64,000 nt of DNA, from positions 341,608 to 405,607 of the forward strand of contig CAVRXV010000005.1 of NCBI GenBank assembly GCA_963725255.1. Reading direction: 5' to 3'. This stretch comes from an uncultured Gammaproteobacteria bacterium (GTDB taxonomy: Bacteria > Pseudomonadota > Gammaproteobacteria > JAIEPX01). Shown in pieces: positions 10,878 to 20,890 of this stretch (position 1 is the stretch's first letter; each line of letters opens with the position of its first letter). The notes under the pieces were generated by a model. The model searched no databases and was not told the DNA's origin. It saw only the letters and a program-made list of their open reading frames with translations. A program made the position numbers and the translations under genes.

Positions 10878-12023
10878 ATGCCATTCCAATGGGTAATATT
10901 AACTACAGATGCTTTGTTGTATCTATTGTTGATTACCGTGATAATTTTTATTTTTTGGGTGCGTCGACATGAGCAATGGCTTTTGCCTTGGCAACAAGTT
11001 AGACGCAATAAAATGGCGATGGTGGCGTGTGTCGTATTAATTTTATTTTCAATAATTGCACTTTTAGATTCATTTCATTTTAGGCCCGCAGTGACCCAAG
11101 GCAATCATCAGCAACGTTATTATTCTACGAATGTCGTCAGTATTTTAGATCGAATTTTGGCTCCAATAGGTCAGCACTACGAACAAACCTATTCGGCACC
11201 TATGGCTACTCATTCATTTGTGAAATCAAATATTACTCTTCCTTCAGGCCAGCAAAATCGTGTTTATCCACAGCTTTCTTATTTTCATATTTTAGGAACT
11301 GATAAAGTGGGCGCCGATGTTTTTTACCAATCCCTTAAAAGTGTGCGTACCGGAATTATTATAGGTACAGTTACGACGCTAGTCATGTTACCTTTCGCTT
11401 TACTTTTAGGAATGATGTCAGGATTTTTTGGTGGGTGGATTGATGACATTATTCAGTATCTATATACGACCTTAAGTTCAATACCCGGTGTACTATTAAT
11501 TTCAGCATCAGTGCTTTCTATACAGGTTTATATCAGCAATCATCCAGCGACATTTCAAACCATCGCTGAACGTGCTGATGTTCGATTGCTCGCTTTGTGT
11601 GTGATTTTGGGCGTAACAAGTTGGACATCATTGTGTCGTTTATTGAGAGCTGAAACTTTGAAAATACGTGAAATGGATTATGTTAGGGCAGCAACCGCCC
11701 TCGGAGTAACGCGATTCAGAATAATTTTACGTCATATTTTTCCGAATGTTCTGCATATTGTTTTGATCACGATCGTGCTCGATTTTAGTTCGTTAGTCCT
11801 TGCTGAAGCAGTTTTATCTTATGTTGGCGTTGGTGTGGATCCAACGTCGTTTAGTTGGGGAAATATGATTAATAGTGCACGTTTGGATCTTGCGAGAGAA
11901 CCTGCTGTATGGTGGCCACTTTTTTCTGCATTTTTGTTTATGTTCACACTCGTATTGGCGGCTAATCTTTTTTCAGATGCTGTGCGTGATGCATTTGATC
12001 CACGATTACGGGATGCACATTAA
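10878..12023 (+). CDS. Peptide ABC transporter permease (OppC/DppC-like)
   Basis: HILGTDKVG, DYVRAATALG, NLFSDAVRDAFDPR. Confidence 0.92.
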   Translation: MPFQWVILTTDALLYLLLITVIIFIFWVRRHEQWLLPWQQVRRNKMAMVACVVLILFSIIALLDSFHFRPAVTQGNHQQRYYSTNVVSILDRILAPIGQHYEQTYSAPMATHSFVKSNITLPSGQQNRVYPQLSYFHILGTDKVGADVFYQSLKSVRTGIIIGTVTTLVMLPFALLLGMMSGFFGGWIDDIIQYLYTTLSSIPGVLLISASVLSIQVYISNHPATFQTIAERADVRLLALCVILGVTSWTSLCRLLRAETLKIREMDYVRAATALGVTRFRIILRHIFPNVLHIVLITIVLDFSSLVLAEAVLSYVGVGVDPTSFSWGNMINSARLDLAREPAVWWPLFSAFLFMFTLVLAANLFSDAVRDAFDPRLRDAH

Positions 12024-13672
12024 TGTCAACGAATCAAAGGCTTTTACAAATTGACGATCTTTGTGTTGGATTAAAATCACGCGATGAAATCAGACCCATT
12101 GTAAAGAATGTCAGTTTTTCCATTGAGGCAGGGAAGACACTCGCATTAGTGGGGGAGTCAGGCAGTGGTAAAACACTGACATCTTTATCAATAATGCAAT
12201 TATTACCGTTGAATGGTGTGATTTCACAAAATAGCACCATTGCATTTGAAGGAAAAGATCTCCTAACATGCACAGAATTGGAAATGCGGAAAATTCGCGG
12301 TGGAAAAATTGGAATGATTTTTCAAGAAGCAATGGCAGCATTAAATCCAGTTTTAACAATCGGTCATCAAATTAATGAAGTATTGCGAATTCATATACCA
12401 ACAATGTCTCGAAAACAGCGTCACGATAAAATCGCAGCTTTATTAGAAGAAGTGGGTATTAATGATCCCAGCAGTTGTGCAAAAAAATATCCTTTTGAAC
12501 TTTCGGGTGGAATGAAACAACGAGCAATGATTGCAATGGCATTGGCGGGTGAGCCAAAATTTTTGATTGCTGACGAACCTACAACAGCATTAGATGTGAC
12601 TATACAAAAACAGGTATTAGATAAGTTAAAAGAAATTCAAGTTCAACGTAAAATGGGAATTTTATTTATTACCCATAATCTTGGGGTTGTATATCAAATG
12701 GCTGATTATGTCGTGGTGATGCGGGAAGGTGAAGTTGTTGAGCAAGCTGAGGCAAAACAATTTTTTCAAAATCCACAGCATCCTTATAGTCAGCAGCTAT
12801 TGACCGCGGTAGCAGATTGGCGAAATATTTTGCCTTGTCTTCCCTCTACACAAAAACCCATAGCGCAAATCGAAAATCTTAAAATTTATTTTCCAATTAG
12901 AAAAGGATTGTTAAAACGAGTAGTGGGTTCAGTAAAAGCTGTGGATGGAGTGAGTTTAAACCTATATCCAGGTAGAACGTTGGCACTGGTGGGGGAATCG
13001 GGCTCTGGAAAAACAACAACAGGACTTGGAATTTTACAATTGCTATCAATTACGGATGGGAGTGTCATTTACAAGGGTGAACAGCTTGTGAATGCTCAAC
13101 ATGCGCAATTGCAAAAATTACGTGCAAAATTTCAAATGATTTTCCAGGATCCCTATTCATCAATGAATCCACGAATGATCGTCAAAGATATTATAGCTGA
13201 AGGTATGATCACACAAAAAATCGGAAAAAATGAGCATGAGCGAGATAAGTTCGTTCAGGATTTATTAATTAAAGTAGGTTTAGATCCTGAATACCGTTAT
13301 CGTTTTCCACACGAGTTTTCTGGTGGGCAGCGTCAACGAATTTGTATTGCTAGAGCGTTGGCTGTTCAACCTGACTGTATCATTTGCGATGAACCGACAA
13401 GTTCATTGGATGTTACTATTCAGCAGCGGGTATTAAATTTATTACAATCATTACAAACGGAAATGCAATTATCCTATCTGATGATTACACACGATTTTGC
13501 AGTAGTGTCAAAAATGGCTCACGATGTGGCAGTGATGCGTGCAGGAAAAATTGTAGAATCAGGTTCCGTTGAAGAAATTTTGATACACCCACAACATCCG
13601 TACACTCGAGAATTACTACGTGCGGTTCCCCACTTCAATAACCAGCGAGAAAAAGACAATGAGTCACTCTGA
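12023..13672 (+). CDS. Peptide ABC transporter ATP-binding protein (fused double NBD)
   Basis: Two GESGSGK Walker A motifs, LSGG/FSGG signatures, DEPT. Confidence 0.95.
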   Translation: MSTNQRLLQIDDLCVGLKSRDEIRPIVKNVSFSIEAGKTLALVGESGSGKTLTSLSIMQLLPLNGVISQNSTIAFEGKDLLTCTELEMRKIRGGKIGMIFQEAMAALNPVLTIGHQINEVLRIHIPTMSRKQRHDKIAALLEEVGINDPSSCAKKYPFELSGGMKQRAMIAMALAGEPKFLIADEPTTALDVTIQKQVLDKLKEIQVQRKMGILFITHNLGVVYQMADYVVVMREGEVVEQAEAKQFFQNPQHPYSQQLLTAVADWRNILPCLPSTQKPIAQIENLKIYFPIRKGLLKRVVGSVKAVDGVSLNLYPGRTLALVGESGSGKTTTGLGILQLLSITDGSVIYKGEQLVNAQHAQLQKLRAKFQMIFQDPYSSMNPRMIVKDIIAEGMITQKIGKNEHERDKFVQDLLIKVGLDPEYRYRFPHEFSGGQRQRICIARALAVQPDCIICDEPTSSLDVTIQQRVLNLLQSLQTEMQLSYLMITHDFAVVSKMAHDVAVMRAGKIVESGSVEEILIHPQHPYTRELLRAVPHFNNQREKDNESL

Positions 13673-14705
13673 TATTGAAATCACTCAGCTCCCTGCAAAA
13701 AAAGGTAAAATTGCTTTAATCACATTGAATAGGCCTCAAGCGCTCAATGCGCTTACCATGTCCATGTGTAAGATTATTGATGAGGATCTTATGCAATGGC
13801 AGCAAGACGACAATATTAAGGCAGTGATAATTCAAGGTGCGGGTGATCGTGCATTTTGTGCAGGAGGTGATGTGCGTATTGTAAGTGAAATTGCGCGCAC
13901 TGATTCAGAACAAGCAATGAATTTTTTTAGACAAGAATATCAAATGAATCGTCGATTATTTCATTTTAATAAACCGTATGTTTCTTTATTGCATGGAATC
14001 ACAATGGGCGGTGGGTTGGGTGTTTCTGTGCATGGTTCTCATCGTGTTGCCGACGAATCTCTTCAATTAGCTATGCCCGAGACTGGTATTGGTTTTTATC
14101 CCGACATTGGCGGTAGTCATTTTTTATCTCATTGCCCAGGAAAATTAGGTTGGTATCTTGGTTTGTCAGGAGATAAAGTGAATGCGTATGATGCATTATA
14201 TCTAGGATTAATTGATTTTATTGTCGATAAAGGAGATTTTGCCAATGTGATTGATGAAATGACAACTTTAGATTTTGACCATGATGCGCACGTACAAGTT
14301 TCAGAGTTGTTGAAACGTTGGAAATTGGATGCGCAACAAAGCCAATTATTAAATGATCAGCCTGAAATTGATCACTGCTTTGCCGCAAGTACCGTTGAAG
14401 AAATTATTCAGAATTTATCATCATCAAAATCAGAAAGATGCGCTGCAATTTTGAATCTTCTCACACAAAAGTCGCCTACCAGTCTTAAAATTACATTTAA
14501 ACTTTTAAATCAAGCATTATTACAAGATTTTGATGCGTGTATGGATTTCGAGTTGAAACTCACAAAACGTTTTTTGCAGCACCCTGATTTTGCTGAAGGC
14601 GTTCGCGCAGCCATTATCGATAAAGATCGTAAGCCTCGTTGGCAGCCAGCAAACTTGAGTGAAGTGGATGATGATTTGCTGGAGCAATGGGTCAAAGATT
14701 TCTAA
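13659..14705 (+). CDS. Enoyl-CoA hydratase family, 3-hydroxyisobutyryl-CoA hydrolase-like
   Basis: LNRPQALNAL, AFCAGGD, TMGGG, AMPETGIG, DFAEGVRAAIIDKD; start moved to MSHSD. Confidence 0.9.
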   Translation: MSHSDIEITQLPAKKGKIALITLNRPQALNALTMSMCKIIDEDLMQWQQDDNIKAVIIQGAGDRAFCAGGDVRIVSEIARTDSEQAMNFFRQEYQMNRRLFHFNKPYVSLLHGITMGGGLGVSVHGSHRVADESLQLAMPETGIGFYPDIGGSHFLSHCPGKLGWYLGLSGDKVNAYDALYLGLIDFIVDKGDFANVIDEMTTLDFDHDAHVQVSELLKRWKLDAQQSQLLNDQPEIDHCFAASTVEEIIQNLSSSKSERCAAILNLLTQKSPTSLKITFKLLNQALLQDFDACMDFELKLTKRFLQHPDFAEGVRAAIIDKDRKPRWQPANLSEVDDDLLEQWVKDF

Positions 14706-14776
14706 TGATGACCACACAGAGCAAAAGAATATAAAGTTGAGGCATGAATCTATGAGGTGTCAATTCTGTGGAAAGC

Positions 14777-14853
14777 TGGTGGCTATGGGTGGACTCGAAC
14801 CACCGACCCCGGCATTATGAATGCCATGCTCTAACCAGCTGAGCTACATAGCC
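14777..14853 (-). tRNA. tRNA-Met (CAT)
   Basis: Reverse complement GGCTATGTAGCTCAGCTGGTTAGAGC..CAT..GGTTCGAGTCC..ATAGCCACCA folds as a cloverleaf. Confidence 0.95.
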
Positions 14854-14956
14854 ATTAGGAGGCAAGAATAGTGCCGTTTTCAGGCCCCATCTGTCAAGTC
14901 GAAGCCAGGGTTGAGCCATTTACGTCATGACCGCCTTTGATATATAATCGATCCTA

Positions 14957-15044
14957 CATTAGGGGTGCTCAGGGCCAGCCTGGGCTGAGAAGCCAGTCGC
15001 TACCCTTTGAACCTGATCTCACTAAACTGAGCGGAGGAAAATGT
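14957..15044 (+). ncRNA. TPP (THI-box) riboswitch
   Basis: GGGGTGC..CTGAGA..TACCCTTTGAACCTGAT..GCGGAGGAA consensus, upstream of a thiamine pyrophosphokinase operon; 3' part overlaps the RBS. Confidence 0.9.
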
Positions 15045-15045
15045 T

Positions 15046-15315
15046 ATGTATATCGTACAGTCTATTTTTGGTTTTATTGCGCTGATTACCTCATTCATTG
15101 GTTTCCTACCACAATCCTATAAAGCTTATAAAACACGGTCAACTCATGATGTATCAATGCTGATGGTATTGAATTATTTATTATGCTCTTTAGCATGGAT
15201 TGTTTATGGCACCTTTATTCAAGCCGGTTTTGTGGTTGCGAGTAATGTTGTGTGTTTGATGAGTAGTATATTGTTGATTGCTCAAAAGCGGTATTACGAT
15301 AATGCTAGACGATAG
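15046..15315 (+). CDS. SemiSWEET / PQ-loop small transporter
   Basis: 89 aa, three TM segments, FLPQ..K.YKTRST.DVS, WIVYG, N in TM3. Confidence 0.85.
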   Translation: MYIVQSIFGFIALITSFIGFLPQSYKAYKTRSTHDVSMLMVLNYLLCSLAWIVYGTFIQAGFVVASNVVCLMSSILLIAQKRYYDNARR

Positions 15316-15931
15316 CAAATTTCGTTCTATTCTTTGTCTCAATGGTGAATTACCAGAACGCGAATTTTTTCTACGTAATTTACCGATCGTTGCTGCGGAT
15401 GGTGCTTTTCTGAAATTGCAGAAAATGAATATTAAACCTCATATTACTATTGGTGATTTCGATAGTGTCTGTAAAGAAGATTTACTGGATTATGATCATC
15501 TTCACCTGCCTGATCAAAGTTCTTCTGATTTTCAAAAATGTTTATCATACATGACAGAAGAAAATTTATTACCCGCAATTATTGTCGGAGTTCATGGCGG
15601 TTTTGTTGATCATATCATTCAAAATATTAATATTTTTTTAAAAACAGATTCTGCCTTTTATGCGCCCCCTATTTATGGTTTTACAATTAAAAACAGAGAG
15701 GTTCAGCGAATCACTGTAAAAAAAGGACAGAAAATTTCGTTGTTAGGAATGCCCTCTGCAATTGTCGATACCGAAGGATTAAAATGGGATTTACACCGGT
15801 CAGAACTAACATTTCCAGGTCGTAGCGCTTGCTTTAATAGAGCCAATCAAGATTTTGTTGATATTACAGTTCATGAAGGCTGTTTACTTGTCTTGCATTA
15901 TTTGGAAGAAATAAACGATGCAGGGTGGTAA
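15302..15931 (+). CDS. thiN: Thiamine pyrophosphokinase (ThiN-like)
   Basis: LNGE, AADGA, IGDFDS, DQSSSDFQK, GGFVDH, GLKWDL. Confidence 0.88.
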   Translation: MLDDSKFRSILCLNGELPEREFFLRNLPIVAADGAFLKLQKMNIKPHITIGDFDSVCKEDLLDYDHLHLPDQSSSDFQKCLSYMTEENLLPAIIVGVHGGFVDHIIQNINIFLKTDSAFYAPPIYGFTIKNREVQRITVKKGQKISLLGMPSAIVDTEGLKWDLHRSELTFPGRSACFNRANQDFVDITVHEGCLLVLHYLEEINDAGW

Positions 15932-16012
15932 AATATATAGGGATTTCAAACGCACTTTTTTCAATGCGGATGGTTTTTAATGAATAGAAAGCCATTTGCA
16001 GCGAAGGTTTGA

Positions 16013-16615
16013 TTAATTCAACAGAGCATCTACTAAAGTCCGTACTTTTTGACGGCGCTTTTGATAAGGTATCATTTTAATGTATTCTTTCATGCGTTTC
16101 ATGTCGAAATGATCAGGTAATTCCAGCTCGGGAAGCTTAACAAATTTACGGCTTTTTGCCTGGTGTAAATAACAAAAATCGATTAGCGCTTTTTCTGGAG
16201 AAGCCATATTGATATAGGGGGCTATTTCTTCATAACCAAACATCATTTCAGGCGTCACATGGTGTATCGATATTGTCGCAATTGCAGTATGATAAGTCCT
16301 AGTTCTGGCAATAGAAATGGCATATACAATTTCAGGAATTTGCATAATCATGCCGTGATAAGATAAAGCACTTTGTAATGAGATATAGCAGGGTGCAGGC
16401 ATCGTTAAAAAATAGGGCAACGAGAGTGATTCTGCTTTGTCAGGTAGTATCCATACTCCCCGTTTAATCTGAACAACTTGTTTTGTTTGACTTAACCGGC
16501 CTAGCAGCTGACTCGCATGTTGATTTGAAATCTTGGATAATACGGCCACATCTTCTGTTCTAAATACTGGCAAACCAATGGCAATAAGCTGTTGATAGAA
16601 ATCATTAAGCCTCAT
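16013..16615 (-). CDS. Type IV TA antitoxin, AbiEi family
   Basis: N-terminal wHTH (IKRGVW), YISLQSALSYHGMI.QIP, ASPEKALID; ATGA overlap with the upstream toxin. Confidence 0.85.
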   Translation of the reverse strand: MRLNDFYQQLIAIGLPVFRTEDVAVLSKISNQHASQLLGRLSQTKQVVQIKRGVWILPDKAESLSLPYFLTMPAPCYISLQSALSYHGMIMQIPEIVYAISIARTRTYHTAIATISIHHVTPEMMFGYEEIAPYINMASPEKALIDFCYLHQAKSRKFVKLPELELPDHFDMKRMKEYIKMIPYQKRRQKVRTLVDALLN

Positions 16616-17367
16616 GATAACATCTCTACCAAGCTTAATTGCATATTTTCCCAAAGTTTCGGGTCATCATATTGTTGTGTATAAATGGGATCAAGATAAC
16701 TGACGACCAGGCTTTTATAATAATCAAAAGAAATATTTAACGTGCTTTCGATGACTCGGCGTCGTTCATCCGTAGGTAAACTTGCCATTATAGTCTTTGC
16801 ATCTGCTGCAATATTAAGTAACAAATGAATATCAAATACATCACGTGCCTGTGTCTCAGTGCGGTTAATCAGAGCAGAAAGTTTTTGTTTTAATGCTGTG
16901 TTGGCATCATAATGGGGGATAAAAATGGGTGGCAATTGATATCGTTGAATTAGTAGCTTGTTTATAGTGCCAAACTCAATACCCTCATCCATCCCTCGTC
17001 GCGAAAATTCAATTTTAGTATGGATAGCTAATGATGAGTGGACACTTTTTAATAACATCTTCCAGCGCTGAGTAGTATCCGTCTGTTTTACGGCATGCAC
17101 GTTCTGGATTGCAATGCCTCGGATTTGTAGAATTTGTTGGAAAGGTGTTGAGGCAAGAATTTTTTGAACCTTATTTGCCAAGGTGGCTTTATTGATGGTT
17201 GTTACGTCGATATCAATATCTTCAGAGTACCTGATACTCTGAAAGTAGAACCGTAGATTACATCCGCCTTTTAGGGCGTACAGACGCTTATCAAGCTGCT
17301 GACCTAGCTGATCTAAAAATAGCAGATGAAACTGCTCAACGATTTGACTGGGTGATAGTGTTTCCAT
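16612..17367 (-). CDS. Type IV TA toxin, AbiEii nucleotidyltransferase
   Basis: LKGGCNLR, RYSEDIDID, KIEFS, K..ALI.R..ARDVFD. Confidence 0.88.
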   Translation of the reverse strand: METLSPSQIVEQFHLLFLDQLGQQLDKRLYALKGGCNLRFYFQSIRYSEDIDIDVTTINKATLANKVQKILASTPFQQILQIRGIAIQNVHAVKQTDTTQRWKMLLKSVHSSLAIHTKIEFSRRGMDEGIEFGTINKLLIQRYQLPPIFIPHYDANTALKQKLSALINRTETQARDVFDIHLLLNIAADAKTIMASLPTDERRRVIESTLNISFDYYKSLVVSYLDPIYTQQYDDPKLWENMQLSLVEMLS

Positions 17368-17370
17368 GGT

Positions 17371-17420
17371 TTTAATAATACACGTTACTGACATATTTGT
17401 CAATAACGCGTATTATTAAA
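17371..17420 (-). promoter_or_regulatory. Palindromic operator overlapping a sigma70 promoter of the abiE module
   Basis: ~23-bp near-perfect inverted repeat; minus strand TTGACA-17-TATTAT, then 7 nt to the ATG. Confidence 0.75.
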
Positions 17421-17587
17421 TCTTGATGGGGTGCTTTCAGCTGGATGCATAAGGCCAAAGACCGTTACTCACCGCCCTACTTTAATCTATCAAGGGGAGC
17501 TCTCAAAGTAAGTGATTAGTGAAAATTTCTTTTCCGATGATGCAGGGTGGTAAACCCTGCAGTTGAAGTAAAAAAAATTTTTACGAA

Positions 17588-18340
17588 TCAAGATTTGGCG
17601 GCTGAAATTATCCCTGCAAATTTTTCTAGAAGATCCACAGGGAAAACAATTGTTGTGGCATTTTCTTCAGAGATGCTATTTAAAGTTTGCAAGTATCGAA
17701 GTGTTATACCGCCACGGCTGCTGGATAAAACCTCAGCAGCTTCAGCTAATTTGGCCGAGGCTTGTAGTTCACCTTCAGCGTGAATCACTTTCGCACGACG
17801 TTCACGTTCAGCTTCAGCTTGTTTTGCAATCGCACGGATCATGCTTTCATCAATGTCGATGTGTTTAATTTCTACAATGCCGACTTTAATGCCCCAAGCA
17901 TCAGTTTGTGAATCTAGTATTTTTTGAATATCCGCATTGAGTTTGTCACGCTCTGATAAAACATCATCGAGTTCATGTTGACCTAAAACAGATCTTAATG
18001 TTGTTTGTGCTAATTGGTTTGTTGCTTCGTAATAATTTTGTACTTGCAAATAAGCTTTTTCTGGGTCAACTACACGAAAATATAAGACGGCATTTACACG
18101 AGCTGAAACGTTGTCACGTAAAATCACGTCTTGGCTAGGCACATCCATTACTATAGTTCGTAAATCGATGCGTACCATGGTTTGTACGCCTGGAATTAAT
18201 AAACGTAATCCAGGTGTTTTTATTCCCCAAAACCGTCCGAAAGTCAGTACAACGCCGCGCTCAAATTGTTTGATTACGCGAATAGTGTTTAATAAAATAA
18301 ATCCAACAATAACTAACGCAAATAAAATAAAAACTTCCAT
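17588..18340 (-). CDS. SPFH/stomatin-like (slipin) protein
   Basis: QFERGVV, DNVS..VNAV.YFRV.DP, AQTTLRSVLG, AEAERERRAK. Confidence 0.93.
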   Translation of the reverse strand: MEVFILFALVIVGFILLNTIRVIKQFERGVVLTFGRFWGIKTPGLRLLIPGVQTMVRIDLRTIVMDVPSQDVILRDNVSARVNAVLYFRVVDPEKAYLQVQNYYEATNQLAQTTLRSVLGQHELDDVLSERDKLNADIQKILDSQTDAWGIKVGIVEIKHIDIDESMIRAIAKQAEAERERRAKVIHAEGELQASAKLAEAAEVLSSSRGGITLRYLQTLNSISEENATTIVFPVDLLEKFAGIISAAKS

Positions 18341-19683
18341 TATACTTCTCCTAACTTTGAGTTTATAGGTTCAACCTGTAAAATAAGGCCATGCATTTCA
18401 ACTACTTTTACATGTTGTCCAACATGCAATGGAGATGATGATTTGGCTTGCCAAATTTCACCCTGAATACGAACATGAATAATATTATCGTGAATCGCAA
18501 CTATTTCGCCAGTGCTAATTAAAATGGCTTCACGTCCTGTGACTTCGGGAGTGTGTTGTGCCCGTATAGCCATCGTGATAATTAATGATATAAGCCCTAC
18601 TGTTATTGTTGTTGCTCCAATAATGAGTGGTAGTGGGATTCCAAAGCCGACCACATTAGTATCCATCAACATAATGGAACCAATTAAAAATGCCACTGCG
18701 CCGCCTACACCCAAAACTCCGTAACTTGTGATATACAGTTCTGAAATTAAAAAGCCAATGCCTAAAATTATTAATCCTAATGCGGCATAGTTTATTGGTA
18801 ATAATTGCAATGCATACACTGCGATAAATAATGCAATTGCACCTATAGCCCCCGGTATTATCACGCCAGGCGTTGTGAATTCTAAAAATAATCCGTAAAC
18901 ACCAACCAATAAAAGTAAGTATGCTACGCTAGGATCTGTGATTACTGATAAAAATCGTGCTCTCCAATCCGGTGTGATTTTTTTTACTGTGATATTTTTT
19001 GTTTGCATGGTAACTGTTTTGCCCTCTATTTCTGTATGGCGTCCATTTAAATCGGATAATAATTGATGTATATCGTCTGCTGAAAAATCAATCACTTTTT
19101 TTTGTAACGCTTCTTTTTCAGATAAACTTTCAGCTTTAATGACGGCTTGCATTGCCCACTCAACATTGCGTCCTCGTAATTGAGCGAGGCTTCGAATATA
19201 TGCAGTCGCATCGCTGGTTGCTTTGTGTTCCAGCGTGGATTCGTGTTTGTCTTTAGATTCTTCGGATGATCCTGGCATTCCAATCGATACAGGTGTTGCT
19301 GCTCCTAAATTCGTGCCGGGTGCCATAACCGCAAAATGACTGGCATATAGAATGTAGGTTCCTGCGCTTGCTGCTCGGGCTCCACTGGGGAATACGTAAG
19401 TTACTACAGGTACGCTCGAAGCTAAAATGGCTTTATTGATCTCGCGCATGGATTCCGATAGTCCGCCGGGGGTATCCATTTGAATGATTACGACCTCGGC
19501 TTTATTGGCTTGAGCTTTCTCTAATCCTCGTACGGTATAATCAGAGACCGCGGGGCCAATCGCCCCTTGGATTTCGAGCAAATAGGCGACTGGGTTGGCT
19601 GCTTGATTGGCTTGACCAGTAGTTCCGGCTAATATCATCGCCAGGATCGAGAAAATTCTCAAACATTGAAATAAAGAAGCCAT
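18340..19683 (-). CDS. nfeD: NfeD membrane-bound serine protease (stomatin partner)
   Basis: MDTPGG, RAASAG, TNLGAA, TM bundle, C-terminal OB fold (GEIWQA). Confidence 0.92.
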   Translation of the reverse strand: MASLFQCLRIFSILAMILAGTTGQANQAANPVAYLLEIQGAIGPAVSDYTVRGLEKAQANKAEVVIIQMDTPGGLSESMREINKAILASSVPVVTYVFPSGARAASAGTYILYASHFAVMAPGTNLGAATPVSIGMPGSSEESKDKHESTLEHKATSDATAYIRSLAQLRGRNVEWAMQAVIKAESLSEKEALQKKVIDFSADDIHQLLSDLNGRHTEIEGKTVTMQTKNITVKKITPDWRARFLSVITDPSVAYLLLLVGVYGLFLEFTTPGVIIPGAIGAIALFIAVYALQLLPINYAALGLIILGIGFLISELYITSYGVLGVGGAVAFLIGSIMLMDTNVVGFGIPLPLIIGATTITVGLISLIITMAIRAQHTPEVTGREAILISTGEIVAIHDNIIHVRIQGEIWQAKSSSPLHVGQHVKVVEMHGLILQVEPINSKLGEV

Positions 19684-19931
19684 GATTGACCTATTCCTTG
19701 TCAGTATTTCTCAGTGATTATTCACCTAAAAGTGCATAGAGAGCACAATAATAACGTGAGATTAAACAAGTCTAGGCTAAAAACAGCGATTCTGCTACCT
19801 AAGCTATAAGTGGTAATCCACCGGAACGTCACCTCAAGGTGTTAGAAGATTTTCCTTGTTATAATCTTGACATCGATCGAAAGAAATGTCAGATTTGCCC
19901 AACATCATTACCCTAACTATTAAGGAATAAT

Positions 19932-20351
19932 ATGAAAGCAATCAAATACTCTGCACCTCTCTTACTCGCGCTTATTTCTTTTCAGGCTTTTGCGGAAGTG
20001 ATGGTATATGTTGAAAACGATACAGATAGTATTTGTAAGCTTGAAAATAAAGATTTAAAACACGGGCTATTGTATACTTATCCCCCCGTGAGAATTGCGC
20101 AGAGTGATGTAGGAATTTTTAGGATGATGGATTCTGGTTTTCGTGGTCCTGAAATCGAGTTATTTTTTAATTGTGGTGGTAAAAAAATTAATGTTACGTG
20201 CCAAGAAAATATGTGGATTCTTTGGGCGGGTGCTGTTAGTGCGAAATTAGAATATGCTGATCCAGGAATTACAGGCATTTATCAATTAGAGACGGGTTCG
20301 GCTTTATGGGGCCAAGTTGGAGTAATCCGTTGGAATATCTTGAATAACTAA
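19932..20351 (+). CDS. Secreted beta-sandwich protein, paralog 1 (aegerolysin/Cry34-like pattern)
   Basis: Signal peptide; shares NDTDSICKLENK..KHGLL..PP with the next ORF. Confidence 0.7.
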   Translation: MKAIKYSAPLLLALISFQAFAEVMVYVENDTDSICKLENKDLKHGLLYTYPPVRIAQSDVGIFRMMDSGFRGPEIELFFNCGGKKINVTCQENMWILWAGAVSAKLEYADPGITGIYQLETGSALWGQVGVIRWNILNN

Positions 20352-20381
20352 TTTAAGAGCTTTCTAGATATATAGGTTAAT

Positions 20382-20813
20382 ATGAACATGAAATTTTTTA
20401 AATATACCCTCGTACTTTTGCTTATTTTTATCTCATGTCAAACAAGCGCGCGTGTAGTCATTCATATTAAAAACGACACTGATAGTATCTGTAAACTTGA
20501 AAATAAATTTATAAAACATGGTTTGTTGTCTATCCCCCCTGCAGCGCAAATAAATCCTAATCAAGCTGATCTTTGCCTTATGGAAGACTCTCCTATATCT
20601 GGATCTGAAGTCGAGTTAATTTATAATTGCGGTGGTAAGAATATTAAACTAAAATGTCGAGAAGGTGCGTGGACTTGGTGGACGGCAGACATTCACGCAA
20701 AGCTAGCATCTGCTGACCCTGGGATCACTGCGACCTATCATATAAAAATGGGTCCTACTGCTTGGGGGCGAGCAGGGGAAATCGAATGGAAAATATTTAA
20801 CCCTAATCCGTGA
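20382..20813 (+). CDS. Secreted beta-sandwich protein, paralog 2
   Basis: Tandem paralog: NDTDSICKLENK, NCGGK, ADPGIT. Confidence 0.7.
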   Translation: MNMKFFKYTLVLLLIFISCQTSARVVIHIKNDTDSICKLENKFIKHGLLSIPPAAQINPNQADLCLMEDSPISGSEVELIYNCGGKNIKLKCREGAWTWWTADIHAKLASADPGITATYHIKMGPTAWGRAGEIEWKIFNPNP

Positions 20814-20890
20814 ATCATGTTTTGAAATTACGCCCTTTGGATCGGAAAAATCAACACTCCTGCCTGAAGGTTGGACTCTTAAGTAGTAGC

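Noticed and set aside
14937-15122. 61-aa ORF upstream of the SemiSWEET gene
   Set aside because: Coincides with the TPP riboswitch and promoter
14777-17420. tRNA-Met-anchored integrative element
   Set aside because: No integrase and no duplicated tRNA 3' end found
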